Positions 1 to 10,501 of a DNA stretch of 34,773 nucleotides are shown one piece after another. Each line of letters starts with the position of its first letter. Positions within the stretch are counted from its first letter, which is position 1. The notes under the pieces are model-generated. The model searched no databases. It was not told where the DNA came from and saw only the letters and a program-made list of their open reading frames with translations. The stretch lies in the NCBI GenBank assembly GCA_965541585.1, contig CBEUCH010000024.1, positions 1 through 34,773 of the forward strand, read 5' to 3'. The stretch comes from an uncultured bacterium (GTDB taxonomy: Bacteria > Zixibacteria > MSB-5A5 > UBA10806). The position numbers and the translations under genes were made by a program.

Positions 1-2649
1 AATTGTTCCGCCGCCGGTATACTTCACGCCGTACCGGTTACCGACTATTGTGTCATTGGAGGCCTCGAATGAACCTTCTAAACCATAAATACCGTACAGA
101 CCGCTGTCTTCTATCCTCGAATTCTTGATTTCCGTTCCAGATGGTACCCAGGACATATAGACACCTGCCACATTATTGTCTGTTATCGTGCAGTTCGTGA
201 CAAAAAGTTTAGAAGGAATATACGCTTTGATACCATAATCTGCATGTTGAATAATGCAGTAAGCCAGGGAATCTACGCTTCCTTGATTAGCACGAATTCC
301 GTACCAGTCGCCCGCCTTGGGATTCGGATCGGACGATTTGAATATTATCGGTTCCAATTCGTCTCCCCAGGCCTTTAGTTTGCCATTGATTATCATCTCG
401 GATTTCATGGAACTTGCGCCTCCGCCATTCTTATCAAAACCGTAAACGAAGAGTACTTCGGTTCCGGGCTCAATAGTCAGCGTTGCACCTGATTCCACCG
501 TTACATCTCCATTGACGATCACAAGGCCCGGGCCCCAGGTTTCTTGCGCGGGAGCGGATATCGTACCGGATTTTACAGGGTTCTGTAGCTTGTAAACGCC
601 ATCGTCCGTGGTTACATAAAACGTATCGGGGCTAATCCTATCAGCAGCTATATCATATGCTACCAGATTGTTTAAACCCTCACTAATGGGGCTCCAACTT
701 CGAGCCGAATCAGCCGAGAGAAACATTCGGCCAGTACCGTTATCATTGCCGCTTAAGCAGACTATTGAATTATCAGTCGGATGAAACACCATGCTTTCGA
801 TAGGGCCTGTAAATCCCCCATAATTCGATGTGGCCCAATTCGGGAATGGAGAATCCATATTGCTTGACTTGAAAATACCTGTAGACGAACCTGCAATTGC
901 CATGTTAGGTTGAAAAGGGCAATATTTTACATTCACTGCCTCCGTAATTAGACCACCATTTATTTCTACCCAATTAGCTCCGCGATCCGAAGTTCGGTAA
1001 ACACCGTTTATCTGATCAGCCACAATGATCTCGGCAGCATAAGTTGGGTGAATGGCTATATCCAATATCTCCATTCCCGCTGTGTATTGGTACCGATTCC
1101 AGCTGTCCCCATTATCGCTACTGACATAGAATGCATCCTCAGGAGCCTCACCTCCGCCAATATATATATAGTCGCTCCCATCCGCTGAATCTACCGCTAT
1201 ACAGTTAATCTTTCGATAATCGTACCATTCGGATACTATTTCCCATGTATCACCGTCGTCAAGACTCCTATATAGCCATCCTGTAGTACGATTGAATTCG
1301 TTATCATACCAGTTATTCGCGGCAAACCACAACCCCTCTGTCCCCCAATCCTTTACAACAGACTCGGCATAACCTGATGTGGCATTAACTGTTGCTCGAA
1401 GCGCCCACTCTAATGCAACGTCTGTGCTCCTATAAATAAACGATCGAGGATGACTCTCGTTTATCATATTGATTACAGGGAGTCCGATGTCAAAATATCG
1501 ACTGATAGTGGGCCTAGAATCGTTGACCATTTCACTAAAACCGGAACCGCGATCCGAAGATGAATAAAACATATAATCAGTCCCAACGTATAAATAATCA
1601 TCGTCGTTAGGGTCGATTGTCACGCACCACGCATCCATATCTCCCGGGTAGCTTCCTGAAGTAGGCAGATAATCTGTAGAACCGTCAGGGTTATAACGCA
1701 GCACAAATAAACTCGGATCAAAATCACCAATACTCCATGCCATGTATACAGCCCCTGATTCATCAATCTCCACATCCCTGCATCTCTCAGAGTAAGTATG
1801 ATCAGCAAAGAAAATGGATTCATACCACCAACCCTGGTCCGTTGAAAGATAAACAGCTGCACGATCTGCTGAAGAGTACGCAAAGCGATTCGGATTATTT
1901 GGATCGACCGCAAAATCAAGAGGCTGTGAATATAAAGGTCTGTGGTCCCAGCTTTCCCCCCCGTTCTCCGACAAATATATGTTAGAATTTTGGGTATGCG
2001 GAGAAACCATGAGCGCAAATATCAACTGTGGATTGGCTGCATAGACGATAATCTCCAAAATTGTTCCCTGGATACCAGGTAAAACAGGAATCCCATTTTG
2101 GGACAGAGTCCAATTTTCACCACCATCTATTGATTTGTACAAATACTCGAAATCATTATATTCATCCCCTCGACCGCCAACAAATGCTACCTCAAGGTTG
2201 CTAGAACTCTGATCGGCCGCTAATGCAAAAAGCCGTTTAGAATCATCTAAACCGGCGAAGCGCGGCACCCAAGACTGGCCCCCGTTTGCGGTCCGATATG
2301 GACCAGCATCTGGATCGTTAGGCGCACCCCATGATGGCACAAGAGTCCATCCGTATTCAAAATTGCTCTCTTGAATAACTACGTGACTATGATCATGATC
2401 GGGAACCTCATTGCTAATAGCCCAATTCTGCCCCTCGTTTGTACTAAACCATAGCGCCCCATCGTTTGAATTTTCAGCTGCATAGATATGCTTAGTGTAG
2501 TTTTGATCGAGCCCCACACTTATATCTGTGATCCGCCCAATATAGTATGTGGCACTAACCCTTTCCCAGCGCCCGTCATCAGCGAGTGCCAAGGAACCGA
2601 TAAGAGGTATTAGGCAAAATAACACAGTCGCTAGACGAAATACTGGCAT
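1..2649 (-). CDS. Large secreted BNR/Asp-box (VPS10/sialidase-like) beta-propeller protein with right-handed beta-helix region; partial, runs off the left edge (>883 aa)
   Basis: Not in the ORF track. Manual translation gives an ATG at 2649 after RBS AGGAGGG and no stop down to base 1. Signal peptide MPVFRLATVLFCLIPLIGSLALA; repeated Asp-boxes (STNEGQNW, TANGGQSW, SIDGGENW, SENGGESW, SSDNGDSW, TSDRGANW); then TWGPGLVIVNGDVTVESGATLTIEPG...PKAGDWYGIR and beta-helix coils. Confidence 0.9.
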   Translation of the reverse strand, partial: MPVFRLATVLFCLIPLIGSLALADDGRWERVSATYYIGRITDISVGLDQNYTKHIYAAENSNDGALWFSTNEGQNWAISNEVPDHDHSHVVIQESNFEYGWTLVPSWGAPNDPDAGPYRTANGGQSWVPRFAGLDDSKRLFALAADQSSSNLEVAFVGGRGDEYNDFEYLYKSIDGGENWTLSQNGIPVLPGIQGTILEIIVYAANPQLIFALMVSPHTQNSNIYLSENGGESWDHRPLYSQPLDFAVDPNNPNRFAYSSADRAAVYLSTDQGWWYESIFFADHTYSERCRDVEIDESGAVYMAWSIGDFDPSLFVLRYNPDGSTDYLPTSGSYPGDMDAWCVTIDPNDDDYLYVGTDYMFYSSSDRGSGFSEMVNDSRPTISRYFDIGLPVINMINESHPRSFIYRSTDVALEWALRATVNATSGYAESVVKDWGTEGLWFAANNWYDNEFNRTTGWLYRSLDDGDTWEIVSEWYDYRKINCIAVDSADGSDYIYIGGGEAPEDAFYVSSDNGDSWNRYQYTAGMEILDIAIHPTYAAEIIVADQINGVYRTSDRGANWVEINGGLITEAVNVKYCPFQPNMAIAGSSTGIFKSSNMDSPFPNWATSNYGGFTGPIESMVFHPTDNSIVCLSGNDNGTGRMFLSADSARSWSPISEGLNNLVAYDIAADRISPDTFYVTTDDGVYKLQNPVKSGTISAPAQETWGPGLVIVNGDVTVESGATLTIEPGTEVLFVYGFDKNGGGASSMKSEMIINGKLKAWGDELEPIIFKSSDPNPKAGDWYGIRANQGSVDSLAYCIIQHADYGIKAYIPSKLFVTNCTITDNNVAGVYMSWVPSGTEIKNSRIEDSGLYGIYGLEGSFEASNDTIVGNRYGVKYTGGGTI

Positions 2650-2687
2650 ATTTCCCTCCTGCCTGCTTCTTGAATGATGTTAATGTA

Positions 2688-4175
2688 TCATTTTAAGTAA
2701 ATCAATTTGAGCACCTTATATGACTTAGAGTTCTCTGCCTTAACGAAGTATATCCCTGCTGAGAGTCGGTTCCCCCGGTCATCGATGGCTCTCCATACTA
2801 TTTTACCACTCTTCTGCGCTTTAAGATCGAATGTATTAATACGTTGCCCCCTAATGTTAAAGATTTCGATATTCAGATTACATACTTCCCGATTTACGAA
2901 GGAAATTGCTATTGTTGAATTGAATGGATTAGGATATGCTGTCAAAGATATGCCATCGTAGATCGACGGATTTGTCTCATCTTCCACTGAATTTATTTCT
3001 CCCCGCTGGAAATAATAAAGATCCCTTCCACCATCTGGCTCATCCCTGGACATGACGCAATGCAATACATCACTATACGGAGAAATATTATGGAAAAGAA
3101 AGGCCGAAAGCTCATTTTGCTCTACAGATCCAGAAATTACTTCCGGCTCCGTCCAATTCAAACCCCAATCCGCTGAACGGGAATACATTATCTTGGGATT
3201 GAAGCACCCCACCGGAAGCTCATCCGCCCAGACAACGTGAAGTTCATCATATAGAATAATACAGGACGGAGATGAACCTGTCTGAGTAAACGTTATCCTT
3301 GACTCAGGTTCCCAAGTATATCCGTTATCAGTGCTTACCCTACCAAGTATATCTCCAGTAAAGCCGCATTCGCTGCCATATTTATAGTCATACCAAACAA
3401 TAAATACATTTCCCTCGTCATCCAAGAAAGCAGACGGTCCCAAACTATGGCGGTAATCGGGGAACGGCTCGGGTGTCGAAATAATGAATCTCTCTGACCA
3501 GCTTAATCCATAATCATCGCTATTCCGATAGTAAATCTCATAACCAAGAGAATCACCTACTATACTCAATTGATATACTATGTGTAAGAGACCAGTGGAA
3601 TATCTTATTATCGGCCAATGGCTGATGACGATGGGGCCGTTTTCCAGTATCATGCTATCGGCCCAAGTCGCCCCACCATCAAGACTTCTAAATAAGAGGA
3701 TATTTTGTGAAATCGCGCATGTCAGAAACAATGTATCTCCATTTACCGCAAGTCCGGGGTATTTTAGAAAAGCACTTGAATTGTTAAACACCCTTACAGG
3801 CGCATTCCAATTCCTCCCCCCGTTGCTACTGGAGGTATAAAAGATTTGCTGACGGGGTACGTGTTCTACCCTGCCTACCCACGCCAGATGAATCTCATCT
3901 CTTGAGCGGGTGATTTCGGCGTAGCCGCTGCCATTGAAAGTATCTGCGATTGAAACAGGGTCAGTCCAAGATTCACCACTATTAGTGGATCTAAGATAAT
4001 AGATATCGGTACCCCCGCTTGCAACAACATGCAGAGTATCGCCTATAGCGACAGCCCTAGGCGTACTAAGCCCCAACTCTTCAGCTATTCTTATAGGCTC
4101 GGTCCATTGGGCGAAACTATAATTGCTCAACAAATATAGACAGCATCCGAAGGTTGTGACTAGAATCCGTCTCAT
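2688..4175 (-). CDS. Secreted BNR/Asp-box (exo-sialidase-like fold) protein with T9SS type A/FlgD-Ig-like CTD
   Basis: Signal peptide ending SFA-Q; six Asp-boxes (STNSGESW, SSNGGRNW, SLDGGATW, SDDYGLSW, STDNGYTW, SADWGLNW); C-terminal YPNPFNS...IFNIRGQ...SAGIYFV...KLIYLK. Confidence 0.9.
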   Translation of the reverse strand: MRRILVTTFGCCLYLLSNYSFAQWTEPIRIAEELGLSTPRAVAIGDTLHVVASGGTDIYYLRSTNSGESWTDPVSIADTFNGSGYAEITRSRDEIHLAWVGRVEHVPRQQIFYTSSSNGGRNWNAPVRVFNNSSAFLKYPGLAVNGDTLFLTCAISQNILLFRSLDGGATWADSMILENGPIVISHWPIIRYSTGLLHIVYQLSIVGDSLGYEIYYRNSDDYGLSWSERFIISTPEPFPDYRHSLGPSAFLDDEGNVFIVWYDYKYGSECGFTGDILGRVSTDNGYTWEPESRITFTQTGSSPSCIILYDELHVVWADELPVGCFNPKIMYSRSADWGLNWTEPEVISGSVEQNELSAFLFHNISPYSDVLHCVMSRDEPDGGRDLYYFQRGEINSVEDETNPSIYDGISLTAYPNPFNSTIAISFVNREVCNLNIEIFNIRGQRINTFDLKAQKSGKIVWRAIDDRGNRLSAGIYFVKAENSKSYKVLKLIYLK

Positions 4176-4214
4176 TGCCTAAAATCCATAGATGAAATTC
4201 CTAACCTAATAGTA

Positions 4215-4242
4215 AATATAATTCTCCATATTTGTGTGTCAA
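4215..4242 (-). promoter_or_regulatory. Putative sigma70 promoter of the 4175 operon
   Basis: TTGACA (4242-4237), 16-bp spacer, TATATT (4220-4215). A second TTGACA lies at 4256-4251. Confidence 0.55.
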
Positions 4243-4291
4243 GGAAAATCTGTCAATTTTGGTTTACAGAGTCTTATTATAGCGATGGGGC

Positions 4292-4320
4292 ATTTCCGAT
4301 AAATTACAATTATCGGAAAC
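4292..4320. repeat. Palindromic dif-like / tyrosine-recombinase-like site, copy 1
   Basis: ATTTCCGATAA-ATTACAA-TTATCGGAAAC: perfect 10-bp inverted arms around a 7-bp spacer, nearly identical to 28499-28527. Confidence 0.7.
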
Positions 4321-4324
4321 GCAA

Positions 4325-4357
4325 TTAATAAGCCGGGCCGTCTGATCACGACCCGGC
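4325..4357 (-). terminator. Putative intrinsic terminator after the 4389..5906 gene
   Basis: Minus-strand hairpin GCCGGGTCGT-gatcag-ACGGCCCGGC (one G.U pair) followed by TTATTAA. Confidence 0.55.
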
Positions 4358-4388
4358 ACAATATCATGACAATGATCTTAAAGAAGCC

Positions 4389-5906
4389 TTACTTCAACAA
4401 CACCATCTTCCTCGTCTCAGCATATTCTCCCGCCTGAATCCTGTAGAAGTAGATCCCTGACGAATGTTCATTCGCATCCCATACTATTTGATGATAGCCT
4501 GCTGGCTGCTCTCCTTGAATCAGTGCTTCAAGCTTACGGCCGAGTATGTCGTAGATGTCGATGGTTACCTTGGAGGCTGAAGGCAGGGTGTATCGTATTA
4601 TTGTTTTTGCATTGAAGGGATTGGGATAGTTTTGGATCATCACGATATCACTTGGCAATTCTCCGTAATCGTCTTCAGTTACTCCCACGAGATCGCTTGC
4701 TATTTTGAGTAACCAGGCATCATATGAACCTGCGCCGAAGGTGGAAGTATGTGCGCCAACAATATATCCCCCATCAGATGTCAGGTGGACAGAATGTGCC
4801 CTCTCGTCGTCGAAGCCTCCATATGTTCTTGTCCAAAGGGTATTACCTGATGCATCGGTTCTCACAATATAACAGTCAGTAAATCCTGCGCCGAAAGAGG
4901 CTGTCGACCCCACTATAATAAATCCGCCATCCGGGGTCTGCTTCACCGACATTGCGTAATCGTGGTCGGAGCCGCCGAATGTCCTTGTCCAGATGGTGTC
5001 ACCTGAGGCATTTGTTCTGACAACATAGAAATCCTGGTTTCCCGCACCATAAGATAAGGTGTATCCGGCGATAATAAGACCATCGTCTGAAGTCTCCTGT
5101 AAACAAAAGGCCTCTTCGCCATACGTTCCACCGTATGTTCTGGTCCAGAGCGTATCACCTGAGGAGTTAACTTTAACAACATAGAAATCCCAGCTACCGG
5201 CGCCGTAGGTATCGGTATATCCTGCCATGACGAAGGCACCATCCGAGGTCTGCACAACTGAATTTGCTCTATCGTTACCGGATCCACCCGCGCCATAGGT
5301 CCTTGTCCATATCGTATCGCCCAGGGCGTCCGTTCTTACGAGAAAAAAATCATAGGGATTGGGTCCGGGGGCGGTGCTCCCACTCAAAATATACCCTTCA
5401 TCAGAAGTCTGTTGAAGCGATTTGCAGTAGTCCCACCGCAGGCCTGGCGTGCTATAGGTTCTTGTCCAGAGAGTGTTGCCCGACGCATCGGTCTTTACCA
5501 GGTAGTAATCAATGCGAGTATCGTTCCAGTTAGCACGGCTAACCCCGCCGGCGACGTAACCACCATCGGCGGTTTGTTGAACTGAATTAAAATGGGTGTT
5601 GGTTGTGGCTTCTTCGTAAATCCGTGTCCAGATTGTATCCCCGTTGGCATCAGTTTTTACCAACCACGGTAGAATCCCTGCTGGGGGGTGGCCCCGTCCA
5701 GCAAAAATAAACCCGGCATCACTCGGCTGCTGGACCTGATAGCAATAATCACCTTGCGACCAACCATAGGTCCGTGTCCAAAGGGTATCCTGAGCGTGGA
5801 GAATATTCGGAGCCGGTATGAGCATCCAGCCAAGAAATATCAGGCATATTCGGATCCACCATATCCTTGAACTTCGTTCTCCATGATGCAAGTGACATTT
5901 TTTCAT
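4389..5906 (-). CDS. Secreted repeat beta-propeller protein (DTLWTRTYGG / QTSDGGY repeats) with T9SS type A-like CTD
   Basis: About seven ~50-aa repeats after signal ...LHA-Q; C-terminal QNYPNPFNAKT...SSGIYFYRI...RKMVLLK. Confidence 0.92.
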   Translation of the reverse strand: MKKCHLHHGERSSRIWWIRICLIFLGWMLIPAPNILHAQDTLWTRTYGWSQGDYCYQVQQPSDAGFIFAGRGHPPAGILPWLVKTDANGDTIWTRIYEEATTNTHFNSVQQTADGGYVAGGVSRANWNDTRIDYYLVKTDASGNTLWTRTYSTPGLRWDYCKSLQQTSDEGYILSGSTAPGPNPYDFFLVRTDALGDTIWTRTYGAGGSGNDRANSVVQTSDGAFVMAGYTDTYGAGSWDFYVVKVNSSGDTLWTRTYGGTYGEEAFCLQETSDDGLIIAGYTLSYGAGNQDFYVVRTNASGDTIWTRTFGGSDHDYAMSVKQTPDGGFIIVGSTASFGAGFTDCYIVRTDASGNTLWTRTYGGFDDERAHSVHLTSDGGYIVGAHTSTFGAGSYDAWLLKIASDLVGVTEDDYGELPSDIVMIQNYPNPFNAKTIIRYTLPSASKVTIDIYDILGRKLEALIQGEQPAGYHQIVWDANEHSSGIYFYRIQAGEYAETRKMVLLK

Positions 5907-6049
5907 AGAATTGCTCCATATTTTTGAATTTGAGAGACCAAATCGAGCCTACCTTGATTCCCTTTGATCGAATAGTCAGCCTTTTTGTTGCTTTTAAACT
6001 TATTGAGCAAGTTCGCCACGATTCGGATCATACCATCATTTTGACATCT

Positions 6050-6190
6050 TTAGTCATCGTTATTCGTCGGCTGAACACGCCCACTGCAATCAAGACTGCC
6101 TCCAGCGTAAGTTCGCATCCAGATTGCATCACCCGTTTGCTGGGCATTGAGAAAACAAAGTGCCAAAACAATCACGGAGGCAAGCTGCAT
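6050..6190 (-). pseudogene. Degenerate N-terminal remnant of a fourth repeat-propeller paralog
   Basis: MQLASVIVLALCFLNAQQTGDAIWMRTYAGGSLDCSGRVQPTNNDD* aligns with ILFAQEQGDTIWTQTYGSTQLDIGYDVQQTDDGG of 9191..10501, then stops. Confidence 0.65.
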
Positions 6191-6234
6191 CGACACCAGC
6201 GGTCGATTATCTATGATCTTAATATTCTTGGGCG

Positions 6235-9144
6235 TCACACGGCTCCTGTGGTAGTGGCCTTGCGCCGCCTGATGGCCGCCACCGTACCGGCGACCAGCAA
6301 TGACAGCGCCATGATGATCATGCCCCATTGGGATAGGGTGGGGATCTGAGGCAGCTCGCTTGAAACATGAAGACTAACAGGTATATCAATGCTCGGATTC
6401 ACAGGATCATTGCTGGCCAGATTGATGTTGCCGGTATATATTCCCTCATACAGCGTCCTTGTATCGAAGGTAAGGGTTGCATTAAAGCTGTCATGCGGAT
6501 CTACTGTTCCCGAAGCCGGAGAAACCATAAGCCAATCCGCTACTATATCTATGGCCAGATTATTGTGCATATATGGAGCGTTAAAAACCACTTCGAGCCC
6601 ATCGGTACCGTCTATATTTTCAATACCTATGGTAGCGCCTTCGAGACCATCGCTGTCGGAGCCAGGATCCATTGTTCCGTATTGTAGTGTTATCTTACCA
6701 CTTGAATATAGTATCGCCTGAAAGCTCAACGAACCGGTTCCTCCACCGCCGGCAGCACGATTCGGCACGTTGTCAAAGCTGGCAATGAATCGATCGTTCT
6801 CGCTGTCCTGATAATAGTAAATGTCGCCGCCTGCCGATGGATTGAGATCGTCCCACCAGACACAGATCATATTATCGGGATTTGCCTGATTGGGGATATC
6901 CGCGTTGCCATACACTGTCGACCCCCCCGTGAATGTTAGCATTCCATTCGCGCAGATATAAAGGTATGAGACGTTGTATTCATAAAACGGAAATGAAAAA
7001 CCGATAGGGATCGGACCGGCATAATCGTCGTCTCCAAGGACAACTGGCGTTCCAACATCTGAGATATCTACCCATTCAAACGTTGGGCCATAGGTCTCAT
7101 CGGAGTCAATCCAGATATGACCGTAGCCATCCGGTCCACCCCCACCCATGATGGTCGGAGAGGAAAATGGTTCGTTTATAATACCCTCTTTGTCTACGTC
7201 GCCGATTCGATAACCGGGAGGAGCAGGTTGCTGCGTGAGCAAAGCTTTGGTCCCATCGCCTCCGCGGAAGCCATGATCGAAGACCTCCTCAGTCAGGGTA
7301 TAATCCAGGGGGCCGTCTCCGTCATTGTAGATGGTCAGAGATCTTTCCTCTATATCACCCGGTTGAACATAAACATTAAATGATGATGGACTGTACGAAA
7401 CGACCGGAGGTGGAATCTGGTCGAGTTGAAAGTCCAATGATACGGTGTCCTCGGGGGAGAAAGAAACCGGTACCTCCTGGGAAAGATAGCCGAAATGAGA
7501 AGCCCTTACGGTATATGTTGTCTCGGGGAGTGCGCTGAGGATATAGTAACCTGATTCGTCCGCCTGAGTAAAAGCCCAGTATCCTATTATTTCTATATTC
7601 GCGGGAAGGGGCTCGGAATTCGAAGCATCAGTAACGTATCCTTCGACGTACCCAAAATCTGCCATAGCCAGCTGCACTGCTTCGTAGGCATCAACCATGC
7701 CCCAACCGTAATCGTTGTCTTCCCCCGGATCTCCGAGGTCAAATGCTGCGTCATACATTACCTGCTTTACTTCTTCTATACTGAGGCTGGGATTGACTTG
7801 CCTGATCAAGGCCACCACGCCGGCTACATGCGGCGCCGCCATGGATGTGCCACTCATAACATAGTAATTGCCTCCGGGATAGCAGGAACGGACCTGCACA
7901 CCTGGAGCGGCTATATCCGGCTTTATAGCGGCACCGCCGCCCGGTGTGCAATACGTGGGTCCTCTGGATGAAGAGGAGGCGATCGGCCAGTCGGGATCGT
8001 GGGCGTTAACAGATGCCACCGCAAGCGTCCGATAATCGTCGGTGGCCCGGTCAGCGGGGCGATCAAGGCCGGCATCGCCCATGTTGCCGGCGGCGAAGAG
8101 TATCAGCGTACCAGCAGCCTCGGAGGCATCGAGATAGCTCCAGAAGAGCTCATCGCAGGGAGGATACCCGTGACCGTCCCTCACGCCCCAGGAGTTAGAG
8201 CACACATCGGGTACGTCCCAATTGGTTGACGGGTTGCCGTCAGGATCGATCATCCACTGAAAACAGAGAATTATATCAGCAATCATCTCCGGTGTCCCTG
8301 TACCCCTGCCGACAGGTGCAGAAGCGATCCAGGTAGCACCCGGGGCTACTCCAACGGTATCTCCCGGCTCCGCACCGGCAAGCGAGCCCATCGTATGCGT
8401 GCCATGGCCATTATAGTCGTAAGGAAGATCATTCTGGTTAAGAGGGTCATACCAAGCCCATTCCGGATGACCGTCATAACGAGGATCGGCGACTCCCGCC
8501 CAGCGATCCGCCAGCGCTGGATGGCTGCCGTCAACGCCGGTATCCATGTTGGCCACCAGAACTCCCGAGCCGGTAGCGCCAATGGCCCAGACCTCAGGAG
8601 CCCTAACCGCTTCAATGCCAATTTCAACCGAAGTTATAGCCCCACCGATATGACGATTGATTTCCACCGGCTTAACGAGTTCAATCTCATAGTTGTAATA
8701 GACTCTGGCGACATCCCGGCGCTCGGCAATTTTTTCAATTTCGGCTTTTTCGGCGTCGACCCTGATAGCATTAGTTATCCAGAAGGCTCTAAAATCCCTG
8801 ATCTTCCCTTCAATTTTAAGCCCGGAAAGATATGTGATTATATCCTTCTGGGTGGCCTCAGCTAAAGTCTGCAGGGCGCTAACAACTGTCTCGTGGGTAT
8901 GTTGAGCCGTTGCATCTTGCCTGGCCATATCCTCGCTGATCGCTGTCAAGTTCACCTGGTCGGCCAGGTATACAAGTACAGATATCTCCTGGTGGGGAGA
9001 AGTGGATTCCAGAATAACCTCAAGGCCAGAATCAAGCTCGCCCCCCAACGCGGATAAGCCCCCAACATTCAGCCCGAAAAGCTGCAGAGAAAGGGAAATT
9101 GCTCCAGCAATCAGCAACTTATTCGGCTTCATATTATTTCTCAT
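6235..9144 (-). CDS. Secreted S8 (subtilisin-like) serine protease with carboxypeptidase-regulatory-like and GGPD/nidogen-like modules and IPTL-CTERM
   Basis: Catalytic motifs VANMDTG, HGTHTMG, GTSMAAPH; oxyanion AAGN; propeptide; C-terminal IPTLSQWG + TM + RRRK. ATG at 9144 or 9132 preferred over the TTG at 9171. Confidence 0.93.
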   Translation of the reverse strand: MRNNMKPNKLLIAGAISLSLQLFGLNVGGLSALGGELDSGLEVILESTSPHQEISVLVYLADQVNLTAISEDMARQDATAQHTHETVVSALQTLAEATQKDIITYLSGLKIEGKIRDFRAFWITNAIRVDAEKAEIEKIAERRDVARVYYNYEIELVKPVEINRHIGGAITSVEIGIEAVRAPEVWAIGATGSGVLVANMDTGVDGSHPALADRWAGVADPRYDGHPEWAWYDPLNQNDLPYDYNGHGTHTMGSLAGAEPGDTVGVAPGATWIASAPVGRGTGTPEMIADIILCFQWMIDPDGNPSTNWDVPDVCSNSWGVRDGHGYPPCDELFWSYLDASEAAGTLILFAAGNMGDAGLDRPADRATDDYRTLAVASVNAHDPDWPIASSSSRGPTYCTPGGGAAIKPDIAAPGVQVRSCYPGGNYYVMSGTSMAAPHVAGVVALIRQVNPSLSIEEVKQVMYDAAFDLGDPGEDNDYGWGMVDAYEAVQLAMADFGYVEGYVTDASNSEPLPANIEIIGYWAFTQADESGYYILSALPETTYTVRASHFGYLSQEVPVSFSPEDTVSLDFQLDQIPPPVVSYSPSSFNVYVQPGDIEERSLTIYNDGDGPLDYTLTEEVFDHGFRGGDGTKALLTQQPAPPGYRIGDVDKEGIINEPFSSPTIMGGGGPDGYGHIWIDSDETYGPTFEWVDISDVGTPVVLGDDDYAGPIPIGFSFPFYEYNVSYLYICANGMLTFTGGSTVYGNADIPNQANPDNMICVWWDDLNPSAGGDIYYYQDSENDRFIASFDNVPNRAAGGGGTGSLSFQAILYSSGKITLQYGTMDPGSDSDGLEGATIGIENIDGTDGLEVVFNAPYMHNNLAIDIVADWLMVSPASGTVDPHDSFNATLTFDTRTLYEGIYTGNINLASNDPVNPSIDIPVSLHVSSELPQIPTLSQWGMIIMALSLLVAGTVAAIRRRKATTTGAV

Positions 9145-9190
9145 ACGGTCGGCCACGGCGACCTGGTGCAAGAACGCAGAGGATTGGCCT

Positions 9191-10501
9191 CTACGAAACG
9201 TTCACCACATTTATCTTTCGCCTGCGAACTACAGCAATCGTGCCGGATGCAAGCAAGAGTAATCCCAGAACGATCATTCCCCATTCAGAGAGCGTTGGCA
9301 CTTCCTCCTGCGTACCTTCGCTCTCTATCTTCAGCAGCCAGACCTGGTATTCATCCTGGGGGTCGTCAAAGGACTTGCTTTCTCCGACAATAACATACGC
9401 GCCGTCATCAGCTTGAATTCCTCCGTAACCATAATCGTGGAAGTTTGCGTCGCCATAGCTTCGTTCCCATTCTAAGGTACCCTCGCTGTCAGTTTTCACC
9501 AGGTAGACATTGAAATCAGTTGGATAGGTGCCGGTGCCTCCGAAAATTGCATAGCCGCCATCGGACGTTTGCACAACAGAATGAGCCCGTTGGTATAAAG
9601 TCATCCCATAGACGTTCTCCCAGACCAGAGCGCCACTGGCATCAACCTTCAGAAGGTAATACTTAAGCCCTTCCCCGAAAGAATAGGTGTAGCCTGCAGC
9701 TATAAAATCGCCATCGGAGTTCTGTATAACCGACCAGGCCTCATCATTTTGTCCACCCCCAAAGGTGTTATCCCAGGTGAGGTTGCCGGTCGCATCAGTC
9801 TTCGCCATGTAAACGTCAATATTACCGGGGGCGTCGGTTTTCCCGACCAGTACATACCCGCCATCTGCGGTCTGCTGGACGGAATAAACGAACTCATTGG
9901 TTTGATTACCGCCATATTCGTCATCCCATTCAATACTGCCATCAGCATATGTTTTTACCAGGTAGGCATTTTTATAGCCCTGGCCGGCTCCTGTCTTGAA
10001 CCCGGCAACAATATACCCTCCATCTGTGGTCAGCTTTACAGAATGGCCCATATCTTCATAGTTACCGCCGAAAAGATAATCCCACTCCATCAGCCCTTGA
10101 GAATCGGTTTTTATGAGCCAGAGATCGTAGTTGCCAGAAGGATTAGTTGTGGTGCCAACAACTATATATCCTCCGTCGGTAGCCTGATGAACTTCTCTAC
10201 CTTGGTGAATTGAAAAGCCTCCGTATATACGTTCCCAGAGTAATTCACCACGATCATCGGTTTTAACGAGCAGGAGATCATAGAGACTGCCGCGGTCAGC
10301 GATGCCCGTAATTATATAGCCGCCATCATCTGTCTGCTGCACGTCATACCCAATATCAAGCTGAGTCGAGCCATAAGTCTGGGTCCAGATAGTATCGCCT
10401 TGCTCCTGAGCAAAGAGAATGCATGGGATGAGAACCAGCGATAGGGTTAACAATATCATCCTCATCCGACAGCATTGCCTGCTCCTCTCACGTTTCATCA
10501 T
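9191..10501 (-). CDS. Secreted repeat beta-propeller protein with IPTL-CTERM
   Basis: QTxDGGY / WxxxYGG repeats; C-terminal VPTLSEWG + TM + RRRK. Confidence 0.92.
   Translation of the reverse strand: MMKRERSRQCCRMRMILLTLSLVLIPCILFAQEQGDTIWTQTYGSTQLDIGYDVQQTDDGGYIITGIADRGSLYDLLLVKTDDRGELLWERIYGGFSIHQGREVHQATDGGYIVVGTTTNPSGNYDLWLIKTDSQGLMEWDYLFGGNYEDMGHSVKLTTDGGYIVAGFKTGAGQGYKNAYLVKTYADGSIEWDDEYGGNQTNEFVYSVQQTADGGYVLVGKTDAPGNIDVYMAKTDATGNLTWDNTFGGGQNDEAWSVIQNSDGDFIAAGYTYSFGEGLKYYLLKVDASGALVWENVYGMTLYQRAHSVVQTSDGGYAIFGGTGTYPTDFNVYLVKTDSEGTLEWERSYGDANFHDYGYGGIQADDGAYVIVGESKSFDDPQDEYQVWLLKIESEGTQEEVPTLSEWGMIVLGLLLLASGTIAVVRRRKINVVNVS

Noticed and set aside
1620..2018. 132-aa minus-strand ORF and 82-aa plus-strand ORF in the track
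   Set aside because: Both lie inside the long open frame <1..2649, which has a clear signal peptide and repeat motifs.
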